Both the position numbers and the translations under genes were made by a program. From the NCBI GenBank assembly GCA_041640595.1, contig JBEPZY010000008.1, forward strand, positions 40,484 through 104,483: DNA of 64,000 nt, given 5' to 3'. A model generated the notes under the pieces. That model was given only the letters and a program-made list of their open reading frames with translations, was not told the DNA's origin and searched no databases. The stretch comes from Gemmatales bacterium. Its GTDB lineage: Bacteria; Planctomycetota; Planctomycetia; Gemmatales; HRBIN36. Shown piece by piece: positions 1 to 10,112 of this stretch. Position 1 is the stretch's first letter, and every line of letters begins with the position of its first letter.

Positions 1-2298
1 GGTCGTACCGTAAAACCACGTCCAGCTGTTCGCCTGCAGTTCGAATGCCTGGAATCCCGCGACCTGCCGGCGACCAATTTCAGTTTGGAGGCCTCGCCCG
101 CCGTGACTAAGTATGAGGACGAACCGATTGATGGCGGCGAAGCTTATGTTCGTGTCGTTTACGACCCGAACCTGGCCGGGAGTCTGACGTTTAGTGTCAG
201 CGACTTGCCACCCGGCATTAGTTACGACCCGACCACCGGTGAGTTTCGTGGTGCCGCTCTCCGCAGTGCTATGCCACGTAACGGTTCACCCGTAACCTAT
301 AATGCGACTATCACGGTCTCCGATGGCACCGAAACTGAGTCGGCCATCGTGCCGTTTATTATTCTCGATAACACCTTTTCGGTGGAGACGCCCGGCACAC
401 AGGTTAGCCATCCCGGCGAGACGGTGTTCTTCGCTCCGCCGCTGAGTTACACGCAGGGCAACTTCTCCGGCCCCTTGATGTTTAGTTATGAAAATCTGCC
501 TTCGGGACTAAGTTTCGACTCCCTCTATGGCACGGTACAGAGGACTATAGACGCGGACTTAGTCACTCCTGAATCACACATTCGCGACTATACGGTGGTT
601 CTCACAGTTACTGACCCGGTAAGCGGCGACTGGGAGGAGATTAGTTTCCAGTGGCGGGTGGAGACGGATCCCTATCCCGCCTATGTTGCGCGTGTCGAGC
701 AAGCGAACGCTATCTATATTTCCGCCGTCGAGCAAGCTCTAAGCGAACGCGACTCCGCCTGGCAAACCGCAGTTGCCACGGTGCAGAATCTAGCGGACGA
801 AGCTTATGCGCAATATCTGCAGGCAGCCGACCAAGCAGCGCAGGAATACAGCACTGCGATAGAGGAAGCGGACGCGGCTTATACGGCAGCGGTGGCGCAA
901 GCAGATGCTGCCTATCAGGAGGCCGAGTCGCAGGCGAGTGCTCAGTTGCATGCTACTTTAGACCAGATTTGGGCCGATTATCTGCAGCGTGTGGAGGCAG
1001 ATTATCAGGCAGACTTAGCGGCCGCGGATGCGGCTTACAGCGAATATGTAGCTCCCTATCAATTGGCACGCGACTTAGCTTATGAGTACTGGCAAGAGCA
1101 CCCCGATGATGCGGATGCTTATGCGGCGTATCAGCAAACTCAGCAAGACTTAGACAATGCTATTGCGTATGCCACTGCCATGCGCGACCAGGCCTATGTG
1201 GCAGCGGCAGCCAGGCGGGATGCGCGATTGGCAGACCCATATCAAGACGAACAATACGCTAATCAAGAGGCGGAGGGTTACGCCGCTTACTATGGTGCGT
1301 TAGATCAGGCGGGGGCGGCGTGGGCAGCGGCAGAGCAGGCGGCGTATGATGAATGGCAGGCAGCGATGAATGCGGCGGAGTCCACCTATACGCAGACGGA
1401 ATCGCAGGCCTGGGGCAGATATATCGAATGTTTAGACGAACTCAATTCGCAACTGGAGCACACATATCTAACTCTCGAAGGGGCATTCCAGACGGCGTGG
1501 AACAACGCCGTGCGTGACTGGACGGAGATGGAATCCGCCGCCTGGGACGCTTATCAGCGTGCCCGCTCCCAAATGGTGCAACAACCGTCGGAAGACCCAA
1601 GACTACTTGAGGTACCGGCAGTGAATATTACCAGCTTGGTCGCCCAAGTAGCAAACGCCGACTTAAGGAAAAGCAATATTACATGGGAGCTGAGGCTGGA
1701 CCTTAAACTCAAACAGGCAGTATTAGCTAATTGGTCTGTCTGGGCATGGGACCATTTCTTTCCAAACCCGGGTCAACAGTTGTCAGAGTTAATTCAATCG
1801 CTCCGCAGAGCGCAAAGCATGCAGGATGTACTAACTATCGCGCGAAACGGCTTTATCAGGGCGGTTGGAATACCTTTTGAACAACTCAGTTCCGCGGTTC
1901 TGGGTTTGTTCCTTGACTTACTCTGCCATTATCCTATCGGAGCGCGTCTGGTCGTATATTGTGGGCGAAAGGATGGCATGCCCTATTTACGAAGCGCTGA
2001 GCTAGAGAGGCTGGGTAAATGGAGGAATGTTATAGACTTGACAGGCATACGGATCGCCGGCATAGACATCGGAAGAGTTGGATTTGAATTGAAGGCGGAA
2101 ATCTCTCACTCGGGCCTACTGGATCTGTTTCAGCGCGGCAGTGAACCGTTGGTCGTGGAAGGAAGTGTTCGCTATGAATTGAATATCACCGTCTTAGGAA
2201 TGCAAATTACAACTCATTGCAGTCAGCGTTGGCGGATTTTTGTGAACCCAGACTTCTCTCTGGACTTCATGCGGTCTCCCGCGAGAGATTTTCAGTGA
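1..2298 (+). CDS. Large secreted protein, 5' truncated by the window edge: planctomycete export motif, two Ig-like (He_PIG-type) domains, Ala/Gln/Tyr-rich helical stalk and a divergent C-terminal domain; polymorphic toxin/adhesin-like
   Basis: Frame +1 is open from base 1 (GRTVKPRPAVRLQFECLESRDLPA), matching the planctomycete RLxxExLExRxLxA motif upstream of the listed ORF start at 85. 'LPPGISYDPTTGEFRG' and 'LPSGLSFDSLYGTV' are He_PIG-like signatures. DNA becomes AT-richer after about 1600. Confidence 0.75.
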   Translation, partial: GRTVKPRPAVRLQFECLESRDLPATNFSLEASPAVTKYEDEPIDGGEAYVRVVYDPNLAGSLTFSVSDLPPGISYDPTTGEFRGAALRSAMPRNGSPVTYNATITVSDGTETESAIVPFIILDNTFSVETPGTQVSHPGETVFFAPPLSYTQGNFSGPLMFSYENLPSGLSFDSLYGTVQRTIDADLVTPESHIRDYTVVLTVTDPVSGDWEEISFQWRVETDPYPAYVARVEQANAIYISAVEQALSERDSAWQTAVATVQNLADEAYAQYLQAADQAAQEYSTAIEEADAAYTAAVAQADAAYQEAESQASAQLHATLDQIWADYLQRVEADYQADLAAADAAYSEYVAPYQLARDLAYEYWQEHPDDADAYAAYQQTQQDLDNAIAYATAMRDQAYVAAAARRDARLADPYQDEQYANQEAEGYAAYYGALDQAGAAWAAAEQAAYDEWQAAMNAAESTYTQTESQAWGRYIECLDELNSQLEHTYLTLEGAFQTAWNNAVRDWTEMESAAWDAYQRARSQMVQQPSEDPRLLEVPAVNITSLVAQVANADLRKSNITWELRLDLKLKQAVLANWSVWAWDHFFPNPGQQLSELIQSLRRAQSMQDVLTIARNGFIRAVGIPFEQLSSAVLGLFLDLLCHYPIGARLVVYCGRKDGMPYLRSAELERLGKWRNVIDLTGIRIAGIDIGRVGFELKAEISHSGLLDLFQRGSEPLVVEGSVRYELNITVLGMQITTHCSQRWRIFVNPDFSLDFMRSPARDFQ

Positions 2299-2350
2299 CC
2301 GCGCGATCGCTTTCGTTTCAAGAACTTTCAGGGAAGGAGGAGGATTTGAG

Positions 2351-3031
2351 ATGGCATGGTGCAGCTTGAGTGAACTCAGAACTGGCTTCATAGCCGCAGC
2401 GTTTCTCGTACTATCGCAAGCTTCAGCTGATGCACCTGAGCAATGGAAGGCTACAGGTGAACGTAGCGACCAGATGTGTGTTGGCTATGTTACCATAAGA
2501 GTCTCTGATTTTATTTACCACTATATCGCAAAGGAAATCATGGCAGTTGTCTTTGGAGAAGACTCACCTATAGCAGAAGGCTCGTGTGGCTTATTCCGCA
2601 ACGCTGCTATCGCGGCGCCCACCTTGTCAATACTAATGCGCTGCTGGTTGCAAGCACTGGACGATGAAATCCAACTAGTACTTGTGGTGCAGAAAACGCA
2701 AGCTGGAAATTGGCGCGTCGTAGTACCGTGCCGTGTTCCCGACAGAAGTAAGCTAATCTTCGTCAAGGAGATTACCGTGCCTAAAACGCTCAGTAGCGAA
2801 CCGGTTATCTTATCAGTCCAAATCAATCACGAAGGTGAAATGACAGAGTTTACCAAGAAACCCTCATATTTATATCACCTTGAGACCTCGATAAAGTCAG
2901 AAACAGGTACATATTACCTTGGCTACCAGACCTGGTTTGTAGTATATGCCAATGAGGTCGGTAAACCTCGCGTAGGTTTGCTAGGTTGGCGAAACACCCG
3001 ATACACTCCTCGGGTAATAACTTCTCAATGA
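2351..3031 (+). CDS. Secreted hypothetical protein, candidate immunity/partner protein
   Basis: 226-aa ORF with strong RBS (aggagg) and signal-peptide-like N-terminus (FIAAAFLVLSQASA|DA). AT-rich like the upstream C-terminal domain. Confidence 0.7.
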   Translation: MAWCSLSELRTGFIAAAFLVLSQASADAPEQWKATGERSDQMCVGYVTIRVSDFIYHYIAKEIMAVVFGEDSPIAEGSCGLFRNAAIAAPTLSILMRCWLQALDDEIQLVLVVQKTQAGNWRVVVPCRVPDRSKLIFVKEITVPKTLSSEPVILSVQINHEGEMTEFTKKPSYLYHLETSIKSETGTYYLGYQTWFVVYANEVGKPRVGLLGWRNTRYTPRVITSQ

Positions 3032-3046
3032 CGCGGGTGTTCCGAC

Positions 3047-3556
3047 GGCGTGGGCAGCTGCAGAGCAGGCGGCGATGAATGCGGCGGGGTCCACCTATAC
3101 ACAGACGGAGTCGGACGCCTGGGGCAGATATATCGAATGTCTAGACGAACTCAATTCGCAACTGGAGCACACACGTCTAACTCTCGAAGGGGCATTCCAG
3201 ACGGCGTGGAACAACGCCGTGCGTGACTGGACGGAGATGGAAACCGCCGCGTGGGACGCCTACCAGCGTGCCCGCGCGCGGATGCTGCAACCACCGCCGG
3301 AAGGCGAGCGCCAAGTCGGGCCACCACCGGAAGGCGAGCGACAGCCTGCTGTTGGGCTGCCCCCTCAGCGGGCTCTGCGAGCCGCAAGCCGGTGCACTGT
3401 CGGAAGGGCGAGCGACACGTCGGGCTACCGCAGACGAATGTCCAGCGGGTCCTTTTACAAGGTACTGTCGCAGCTTCCAGCTTAGCGCAGGTGATACCTC
3501 CGGGTGGAGTAAGCACGCGTCGGATTAGTGAAGCGATGCAGGTAAGCAATTCCTAA
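3047..3556 (+). pseudogene. Orphan duplicated module of the 1-2298 gene with a different, frameshifted C-terminal remnant
   Basis: 3047-~3303 is a near-identical copy of ~1317-1593 (WGRYIECLDELNSQLEHT...WDAYQRAR) with a 21-nt deletion. It is followed by PPPEGERQ repeats and a frame change. Confidence 0.75.
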
Positions 3557-4000
3557 ACTGTAACCGTTTGTGTAGGACCCGTATCGGGACCCAGCATATC
3601 CTGAAAGGATGCAGGCAAGGAATTCCTCAACCTGGAAATGCTCACCAGTCAACGGCAGCTCCGGCCCAACAGTCACCGGCAGCGATGGAAGCAAGCGACT
3701 CGTCAAGCTGGAAATGCTTACCCAGCTAATCACCGCCGGCTAATTGTTGGCACCGAGATGTAAGCGGTGCACTTTGTATGCAAGTGTTTTGGTACGGGCC
3801 GGGGGGGTATTGTCGTAACTGCTCAGCTCGGGCGGGAAGCATTCGGCAGGCCTTGTGGCGACGTCTGGCAGAGTAATTTGGCGCGGCCGTAACCAGTCAG
3901 CCTATCCGGGAAGCATTTGGCAGGATGCCCCGATTCGTCCGAGAATATCCTAATCTTCGTCCGTAACCGGTTAGCCCATCGGGGAAGCATTCGGCAGGGC
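3535..4000. repeat. Degenerate tandem array with ~74-bp period
   Basis: GATGcAgGcAAG-like motif at 3535, 3608, 3684 and 3757. A 37-bp unit CGTAAC...GGGAAGCATT(C/T)GGCAGG lies at 3814, 3888 and 3962 (exact 74-bp spacing). Confidence 0.75.
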
Positions 4001-4527
4001 CGTCCCCGAACGGTTCCGCAGTGAAGCTGTTTGCTTCGTTATCGCTGTAAAAGCTCTCGCAGGGCTGTCCCATAACCGTTCGGTAGTGAAGAAAGGAGCT
4101 GCTGGCGTGAGTTCTGTGACCGGGATGCTTGTTGCGGTTTTTGTTTTTGGGAGCAGAGTCTCCTGTCTCCGGGGGCTGCAGGAGGTACGCCTATAGCGAC
4201 ATAACTCCTCCGAGAAGCCCAGCAGCTACCGCCAGGGCTGCCGGGAGCCGGCAGGAGGTAAGCCTATCGAGACGGATGCTCGTTGTGGTTTTGGCAGCGG
4301 AATCCACTGGGGAGTCGGCTGACAAAGGGCAACCGGCATCCGGTGGGGAAGAGAATTTGTCACGTTTTCGCGCGGTGTTGCGTTAATGGGTGTGAGGCTT
4401 TGAAGGGTGCAGCAAAGTCAGGCGCGAAAGCAGCAGTGCGTCGGGCTGTACGTAAGCAGTCCGTAGTAAATGGTTCGCGCGGGGCTAAGCCCCGCAGCGG
4501 CCAAGCACAATGACAGGAGTCCAAGCT

Positions 4528-5973
4528 ATGGCACGTCGCAACCGAGCTGAGGTCTTTGTGGATCGTGCGAGCGGTTTACGAGGCTGGAAGGTGCGGTTAC
4601 CAGCTGGGCGACCACTGGCTACGCCAGCGATCGCTGATGGGCGTTTATTTCTGGGCGGCGGTTTCGGTACTTATGACTTCTACGCCCTCGACGCTTTAGA
4701 GGGACAACTCCTGTGGCGACATCGCACCAGCGATGACGGGCCGACCGCTGCCGTAGTGGAAGACGGTCTGGTTGCCTACAACACGGAAAGTTGCACTCTG
4801 GAAATCCTGACGACCGAGGGAAAATCGGTCTGGCGGCTATGGCTGGGTGATCCGCTGTTGAGCATGCCGGCCATCTGTGCAGGCCGCGTTTACATGGCTT
4901 ATCCGGACAGTCGCGGTGATCACCGGCATTACCTGGCCTGTTTTGACTTGCGGAGCGGCGAACTAATATGGCGGCATCCCATTATCTGCGACGTGATCAC
5001 AGCGCCGGTAGTGCAGGATGGCCTGGTGTACGCCAGTTGTATGGACGGAACGGTTTTCTGCCTGTCCAGTGAGGATGGTCAATGCGTCTGGCAACGAGCG
5101 ATGCGTGCCACCAGTGCACCGACGGTGGTAGCGGGGGAAGTTTTCGTCAGTCAGCGACATGACGATCCCCAGTATGGCGTGCGGGAACGCTGGATTCGGC
5201 AGCGCCATGAGCGAGCGGCACGTGCAAGAGAGACACGCGAAGCAAGCATGGCCCGGGGAAAGACCGGTCGGGCTACTGCATCGGTAGCGGAGACCGGCCT
5301 GGAAGTGAGTGAACCGCATAGCGAAGTGCTTTTTGAGTGTCAGGAATTCTGCGCACACCTCGACCTGGAAGCCAAGCGGCGAACCGAGGAATATCGTTCC
5401 TACATGCACATGGATGCATCGGTGGGTTTTGCAGCGGCTCCTGCAGCGGCTAAGTTTCACTATGCGGCAATGCATCTGGGCGTTGATCGCGTGAGTGCGG
5501 CCTGGGGATTTCAAGGTTCACGACCGTGCGTGTATCGGGGAAGGCTTTACGCTGCCTCGGGACGCTGGCTGCGCTGTTTGCGGTTGCAGAATGACTTTGG
5601 GAAACCGCAGGACCAGCTTGTGTGGGAATTCGACGTTTATGGTGCGGCCCAACTGGCGGAAGCGGCGTTTGTGCCTACGGTAACTCCGCCGATAGTGCTG
5701 AATGATAGGGTCATTGTCGGTTCTACGGCGGGCGACTTGTTCTGCCTGGACGCAGAACACGGGGAAGTGCTCTGGCGTGTGCATCTCGGTGAACCGATCA
5801 GTTACCAGCCCGCGGTGGCTTACGGTCGTGTGTATGTCCCAACGGCCACCGGCACACTGTATGCCATTGAGACCGGCAGCGATACCGATGACGGCTGGTA
5901 CATGTGGGGAGCCAACGCTGCTCACACCAATTCGGTCAGCCCGGAATGCGAATTAGTCCACGCCGTCGAGTAA
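4528..5973 (+). CDS. PQQ-like/BamB-type beta-propeller repeat protein
   Basis: Repeated 'xxALDAxxGxxLWR' and 'TPAIADGRLF' blades. RBS aggag at 4515 precedes ATG 4528. Confidence 0.8.
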   Translation: MARRNRAEVFVDRASGLRGWKVRLPAGRPLATPAIADGRLFLGGGFGTYDFYALDALEGQLLWRHRTSDDGPTAAVVEDGLVAYNTESCTLEILTTEGKSVWRLWLGDPLLSMPAICAGRVYMAYPDSRGDHRHYLACFDLRSGELIWRHPIICDVITAPVVQDGLVYASCMDGTVFCLSSEDGQCVWQRAMRATSAPTVVAGEVFVSQRHDDPQYGVRERWIRQRHERAARARETREASMARGKTGRATASVAETGLEVSEPHSEVLFECQEFCAHLDLEAKRRTEEYRSYMHMDASVGFAAAPAAAKFHYAAMHLGVDRVSAAWGFQGSRPCVYRGRLYAASGRWLRCLRLQNDFGKPQDQLVWEFDVYGAAQLAEAAFVPTVTPPIVLNDRVIVGSTAGDLFCLDAEHGEVLWRVHLGEPISYQPAVAYGRVYVPTATGTLYAIETGSDTDDGWYMWGANAAHTNSVSPECELVHAVE

Positions 5974-6165
5974 ACTGAGCCAGCCGTCGCCAGTCGGCTT
6001 ATTCGCCTGCTGCCCGGTGCGGTCAGCCCGGAATTCGAATCCGTCCACGTCAACGAGTTAACTAAGCCGCCCACTGATTTCCGGCTAAACGGGACATAAA
6101 AAGGCTCATTCTCGCAGGCCCGGTGTCTGGCCGCTCCCGAAACTACCGATCAGGGCATGAAGGAT

Positions 6166-7332
6166 TTATGACGAAAGTGGCGGAGCGACAGTTGAGCCGG
6201 GCAAAAAACGGTGGGGGCAAACGTGGTGCTCTGGAGCCCGCTGCGACGATGACGGAGAGCCAGGGGACTGCTGAATGCCCGCCGTACAGCTGCCTTGGTG
6301 CCGCAGCAAGATTTCTACGGCGAGGCGTCCCATGGTTTGCCAGTCAGCCTGATGACAGGTGAGTCCGGTTACACTTTCGCCGCCGCCACCAACGATGCTG
6401 AAGTCTTCGGGAACGCGATATTGGCGTGCCTGCAGTTCTTCGCAGACATATCGGGCCAGGGTGTTATTGAAACAGTAGAGTGCGGTGGGCCGCGGTCGTA
6501 AAGCCAGGAGTTGTTCAACAGCCTGGCGGGCACCGGAACGGTTGAGGGGTACGCCGATCTCCCAAGCTCGACGGTGTGGCAAACCTGCCTCCCGCAACCC
6601 GTCTCGATAACCGCGCAAGCGCCAGGGATTTAAGTCCTCGCGTCGCCAGTTTACGAAAGCGATCCGCCGATGTCCAAGTTGAACCAGGTGGGCTACGACA
6701 TCTTTGGCTGCCTGGTACGAATCATCGCGTACAGAATGAACCTGAACGCTGGGTAAATCGTGGTCCAGCAACACAATGGGCACGCCCAGTCCCAGCGCGG
6801 CTCGCACCACCTTTTCCTCGCCGAAAGAGGCGAAAATCAAACCGGCTGCTGGCATGGTCTGCAGCAGCTCCGATAACACCCGCTGAACTTGATGAATGGC
6901 CACCTGCCGGACCAGAAGTCCTATATTCTGTTCGCAGCAAGCCTGAAGTGCGCCCTGAAGCATAAGGCCACTAATAGTTTCGACGACACCTGTCTCAGAC
7001 AAAGGCGAGGCCGCGTAATCCGCTTGCAAATAAAAGAGCACCCGTGCCTTTTTCGCTGTCAGTCGTCTGAGCAAGCAAACCGGTTCGAGGAAAGTGCCGC
7101 GTCGCCGTATTTTTCGGATCAGACCTTCCTGCTGCAGACGGGCGCAAGCCAGGCGTACCGTTTCACGGCTAACGCCGAGTTGCTCGGCCAGCTCCGCCAG
7201 AGGGGGCAAACGTCCGCTGGCAAAATAACCATCAGCAATGGCTTGCCGTAACAAATGCTCTACCTGTGTCAGTAAACCTGGCGGGTGTTCGAGTCTTGGT
7301 AATTCTTGTGTGGGCCGTCTGGGTCTTGCCAT
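6166..7332 (-). CDS. GntR-HTH / LacI-type effector-binding transcriptional regulator (AraR-like architecture)
   Basis: N-terminal GntR wHTH (LPPLAELAEQLGVSRETVRLA...RRRGTF) plus a LacI sugar-binding domain (LGHRRIAF, RLRGY, VPEDFSIVG). Confidence 0.88.
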   Translation of the reverse strand: MARPRRPTQELPRLEHPPGLLTQVEHLLRQAIADGYFASGRLPPLAELAEQLGVSRETVRLACARLQQEGLIRKIRRRGTFLEPVCLLRRLTAKKARVLFYLQADYAASPLSETGVVETISGLMLQGALQACCEQNIGLLVRQVAIHQVQRVLSELLQTMPAAGLIFASFGEEKVVRAALGLGVPIVLLDHDLPSVQVHSVRDDSYQAAKDVVAHLVQLGHRRIAFVNWRREDLNPWRLRGYRDGLREAGLPHRRAWEIGVPLNRSGARQAVEQLLALRPRPTALYCFNNTLARYVCEELQARQYRVPEDFSIVGGGGESVTGLTCHQADWQTMGRLAVEILLRHQGSCTAGIQQSPGSPSSSQRAPEHHVCPHRFLPGSTVAPPLSS

Positions 7333-7485
7333 CGGTTGGTGTCTCCTATCGCGGTCGGCAATGACAATTTTACAAATGTTTTGCCTAATGATCCTGAATC
7401 AGTCTTATCGGCGTCTAAATGGAGTACAATCAGGGCAGCGATGAAGAAATTTTCGGGCCCACTCCGGGCCGAAAGGAGTAAGTCC

Positions 7486-8640
7486 ATGCTGCGAATCTGC
7501 GTCGCCTTAGGGTTAGCATTGTTATTGCTGGGCGTGACGGAATATGTCCCGCCGAGAAGGAAGGCACTTGCAGCGGACCCGCTGAAGCCAAAACGCTTCG
7601 ATAAGCCGGTGTGGCATCCGGATGCTCGCTGGCAACTCGATCCGCAACCGTACGCATTTGATACGAACATTCGTGCGCATTTAGACGGCCCCAGACACGA
7701 AGCTTTTGCCGTACACGCGATATTTCCCGATTTGCATGCCGGCTTCACTGGCGGTGGGCGCTATGCTTTCCTGATGTATGACAGTACGCTTGACCGTTTT
7801 CATGCCGCCACGAGCGGAGCCACTGGATACTTAGATGGTCCGTTTTCTCGAGCCAGGTTCTACATAGATGATTACCACACCTGTCGGCACGAACGGGCCA
7901 GTTCGCCGGATAAACGCTTCTATTACCTGCTGGCGGATTTTTACAGACAGCGAATCCGCGTGCTGGATTTTCAGCGGCAATGGGTACACACTCTCCCTGT
8001 TTCAGGCGTTGCGTTCGCGTGCGGAGAAAGCGGCAAAGTGTACGTGGTGCATCGCTCGGACAAAGACGGGGGCCGAGCCGACACCATCACCATTCTCAGT
8101 CCCGGCCCCGAGTGGAAAACGCTCCGCACTGTTCGGTTGCACCCGAGCGAACAAGAGGTGCAGGTTTCTGGTCTGGGCACATCAGTAGCCGTGGATGAAA
8201 AGAACGAACGCCTTTACGCCACCACCTATCGGGCCTGGCCCTGGTATGTCTGGTACTGGGATCTCAAAGACGGTTCGCTACACGGTGTCCTGCCGAACTG
8301 TTCCAAGAAACCCACCGCGAGACGATCAGGGGAGGCGGGGCCTTTTGAAGGCACCGTCTTGTACAACCATGGTGAGATTAGCTGGGGGCCCGATGATCCC
8401 GATAAACGATTCCTCTACCTGACGCGGGTGGATGACAACAATTTTTACCGCCTCGACCTGCAACGGCAGATCATCGCAGTCTTTAGCGTCAAACAAGGGC
8501 GTTTCGTGGAACAAGGGCAGGGGGATGGCAGTCCACTGTATATGTACCCTCCCGCCTGGTTGCCGGACGGTAGCTTTGTGGGTTATGTGCCCTGGTACAA
8601 TCCCGCTCCCCATTACAAACTCTTTCGCCGCATCCAGTGA
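7486..8640 (+). CDS. Secreted NHL-like beta-propeller protein
   Basis: RBS aaggag before ATG 7486; hydrophobic signal region; 'GYLDGPFSRARF' NHL-like motif shared with 15092-16531. Confidence 0.7.
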   Translation: MLRICVALGLALLLLGVTEYVPPRRKALAADPLKPKRFDKPVWHPDARWQLDPQPYAFDTNIRAHLDGPRHEAFAVHAIFPDLHAGFTGGGRYAFLMYDSTLDRFHAATSGATGYLDGPFSRARFYIDDYHTCRHERASSPDKRFYYLLADFYRQRIRVLDFQRQWVHTLPVSGVAFACGESGKVYVVHRSDKDGGRADTITILSPGPEWKTLRTVRLHPSEQEVQVSGLGTSVAVDEKNERLYATTYRAWPWYVWYWDLKDGSLHGVLPNCSKKPTARRSGEAGPFEGTVLYNHGEISWGPDDPDKRFLYLTRVDDNNFYRLDLQRQIIAVFSVKQGRFVEQGQGDGSPLYMYPPAWLPDGSFVGYVPWYNPAPHYKLFRRIQ

Positions 8641-8661
8641 GTCAAGTAAGGAGAACCGGCG

Positions 8662-9957
8662 ATGATCCTGACACTGAACTTGGCGCTTTGCTGCACGTTG
8701 TCCTGTACGCTGGCAGCGAGTGAAGCGGATATCTTTCTGCCGGTGCATGAGGGACGGGATGCATACGAACCAGCCATAGCGTACGGCGATGGAGTTTATC
8801 TCGTGGTATGGAAGTCGGGACATCTGGCGCCAGGGGATCTGCGCGATGGCGTGAAATACCAGGGCGATATTGTGGGCTGCCGTCTGGATAGCTCGGGACG
8901 ATTGCTCGATAAGCAACCGGTTGTGATATGCGCGGCAAAAGATTTGCAGGAACGGCCGCGTGTTGCCTTCGGCGGTGGAGTGTTTTTAGTGGTCTGGCAA
9001 GACCTGCGCAATGGCAAGGACTGGGACGTGTACGCTGCCCGCATTACTCCCCAGGGCCGCGTACTGGACGCGGACGGGTTTGTGGTGAGCAACGCCCGGC
9101 ACAGCCAAGCATTGCCCGATGTTAGCTGGGATGGCCAGAACTTTCAAGTTGTCTGGCAGGATTTTCGTTCGGGAAAAAATTATGCCATCTACGGTGCGCG
9201 AGTTTCTCCCGATGGGAAAGTGTTAGAGGAAAATGGCCGATTGCTCACTAACGTACCGGAACCGTACAGCCGTTATGCCCCCGTGGCAGCAAGCATTCCT
9301 CAACAAGGAACACTGGTGTTCTGGTTAGCTGGTGGACGAGTCGGGGCGAAAAGCGGCAGTCCTGCTGGAGTGGTAGCAGGGGCGCACCTGCTTCGTGAGG
9401 GAGTCCCTGGCGATCAAGCTGTGTACGAAAACAGCTCCCATCAATCCGGGCCCGGCGGACCGACGGGACATCCAACCTTCCCACTGGGGATTGCAGCCGG
9501 ACCGCAACGATATCTGGTAGCGTGGACAACCCAATTGCCGTATGGCCGAGGAAATGCTCCAAACGATTCCCAGGCAGCGTTGTTCGATAGCCAGGGGAAA
9601 CTGCGGAAGATGTTTCTGCTGACGCAAGACCCGTCGGTACGGATCAGCCACCCGCGAGCGGTCTGGGCTGGCCAAATGTTTTGGGTGGTCTGGCATCAAA
9701 TTATGCCCGAACGAAACCAGGGCAATCTTTATCCCTTTGAAGCGATTTTTGCAGCACAGGTAACTGAGGATGGCGAAGTAAGGAACCGTCAACGGCTGGC
9801 TGGAACTGAATCAGCGCCGGCTCAAAAAGCCGCTATCGCCAGTGACGGTCGAGGCCAGGTTGTTATCGTTTACGAGCAGCATCCTGATAAGCCGGAGGTT
9901 CCCATTCGTGTCGGAGTGCGCATTCTTCATGCGGGTAACGGAGGCGAACCTCAGTGA
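8662..9957 (+). CDS. Secreted beta-rich repeat protein (paralog 1 of 3)
   Basis: Signal peptide; repeats of 'PxVAxxGxxFLVVWQDxRxGKxWDVYAARI'. Confidence 0.75.
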   Translation: MILTLNLALCCTLSCTLAASEADIFLPVHEGRDAYEPAIAYGDGVYLVVWKSGHLAPGDLRDGVKYQGDIVGCRLDSSGRLLDKQPVVICAAKDLQERPRVAFGGGVFLVVWQDLRNGKDWDVYAARITPQGRVLDADGFVVSNARHSQALPDVSWDGQNFQVVWQDFRSGKNYAIYGARVSPDGKVLEENGRLLTNVPEPYSRYAPVAASIPQQGTLVFWLAGGRVGAKSGSPAGVVAGAHLLREGVPGDQAVYENSSHQSGPGGPTGHPTFPLGIAAGPQRYLVAWTTQLPYGRGNAPNDSQAALFDSQGKLRKMFLLTQDPSVRISHPRAVWAGQMFWVVWHQIMPERNQGNLYPFEAIFAAQVTEDGEVRNRQRLAGTESAPAQKAAIASDGRGQVVIVYEQHPDKPEVPIRVGVRILHAGNGGEPQ

Positions 9958-10112
9958 AGGAAAATTGCCCGATATTCTCCAGGCTTCAAACTGCTGGAGG
10001 ATGAACGCCATCTAGCCAAAAAGGAAGTCACACAACTGGTGCGGCAAAGACAGGGCGAAGGTAAGCGGAACCTCGCCCTTGATAGTAACCCCCCGATAGA
10101 AGGAGGTGTCAC

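Noticed and set aside
3814..3998. Calling a bona fide CRISPR array here (and at 55306-55552)
   Set aside because: Repeats are divergent, there are only 3-4 units, no cas genes or AT-rich leader are visible, and the periodicity continues with other motifs; kept as repeats only.
5933..6070. Imperfect duplication of the 3' end of the PQQ-repeat gene 87 bp downstream, as a possible att site
   Set aside because: Both copies are adjacent rather than flanking an element, and no integrase is present.
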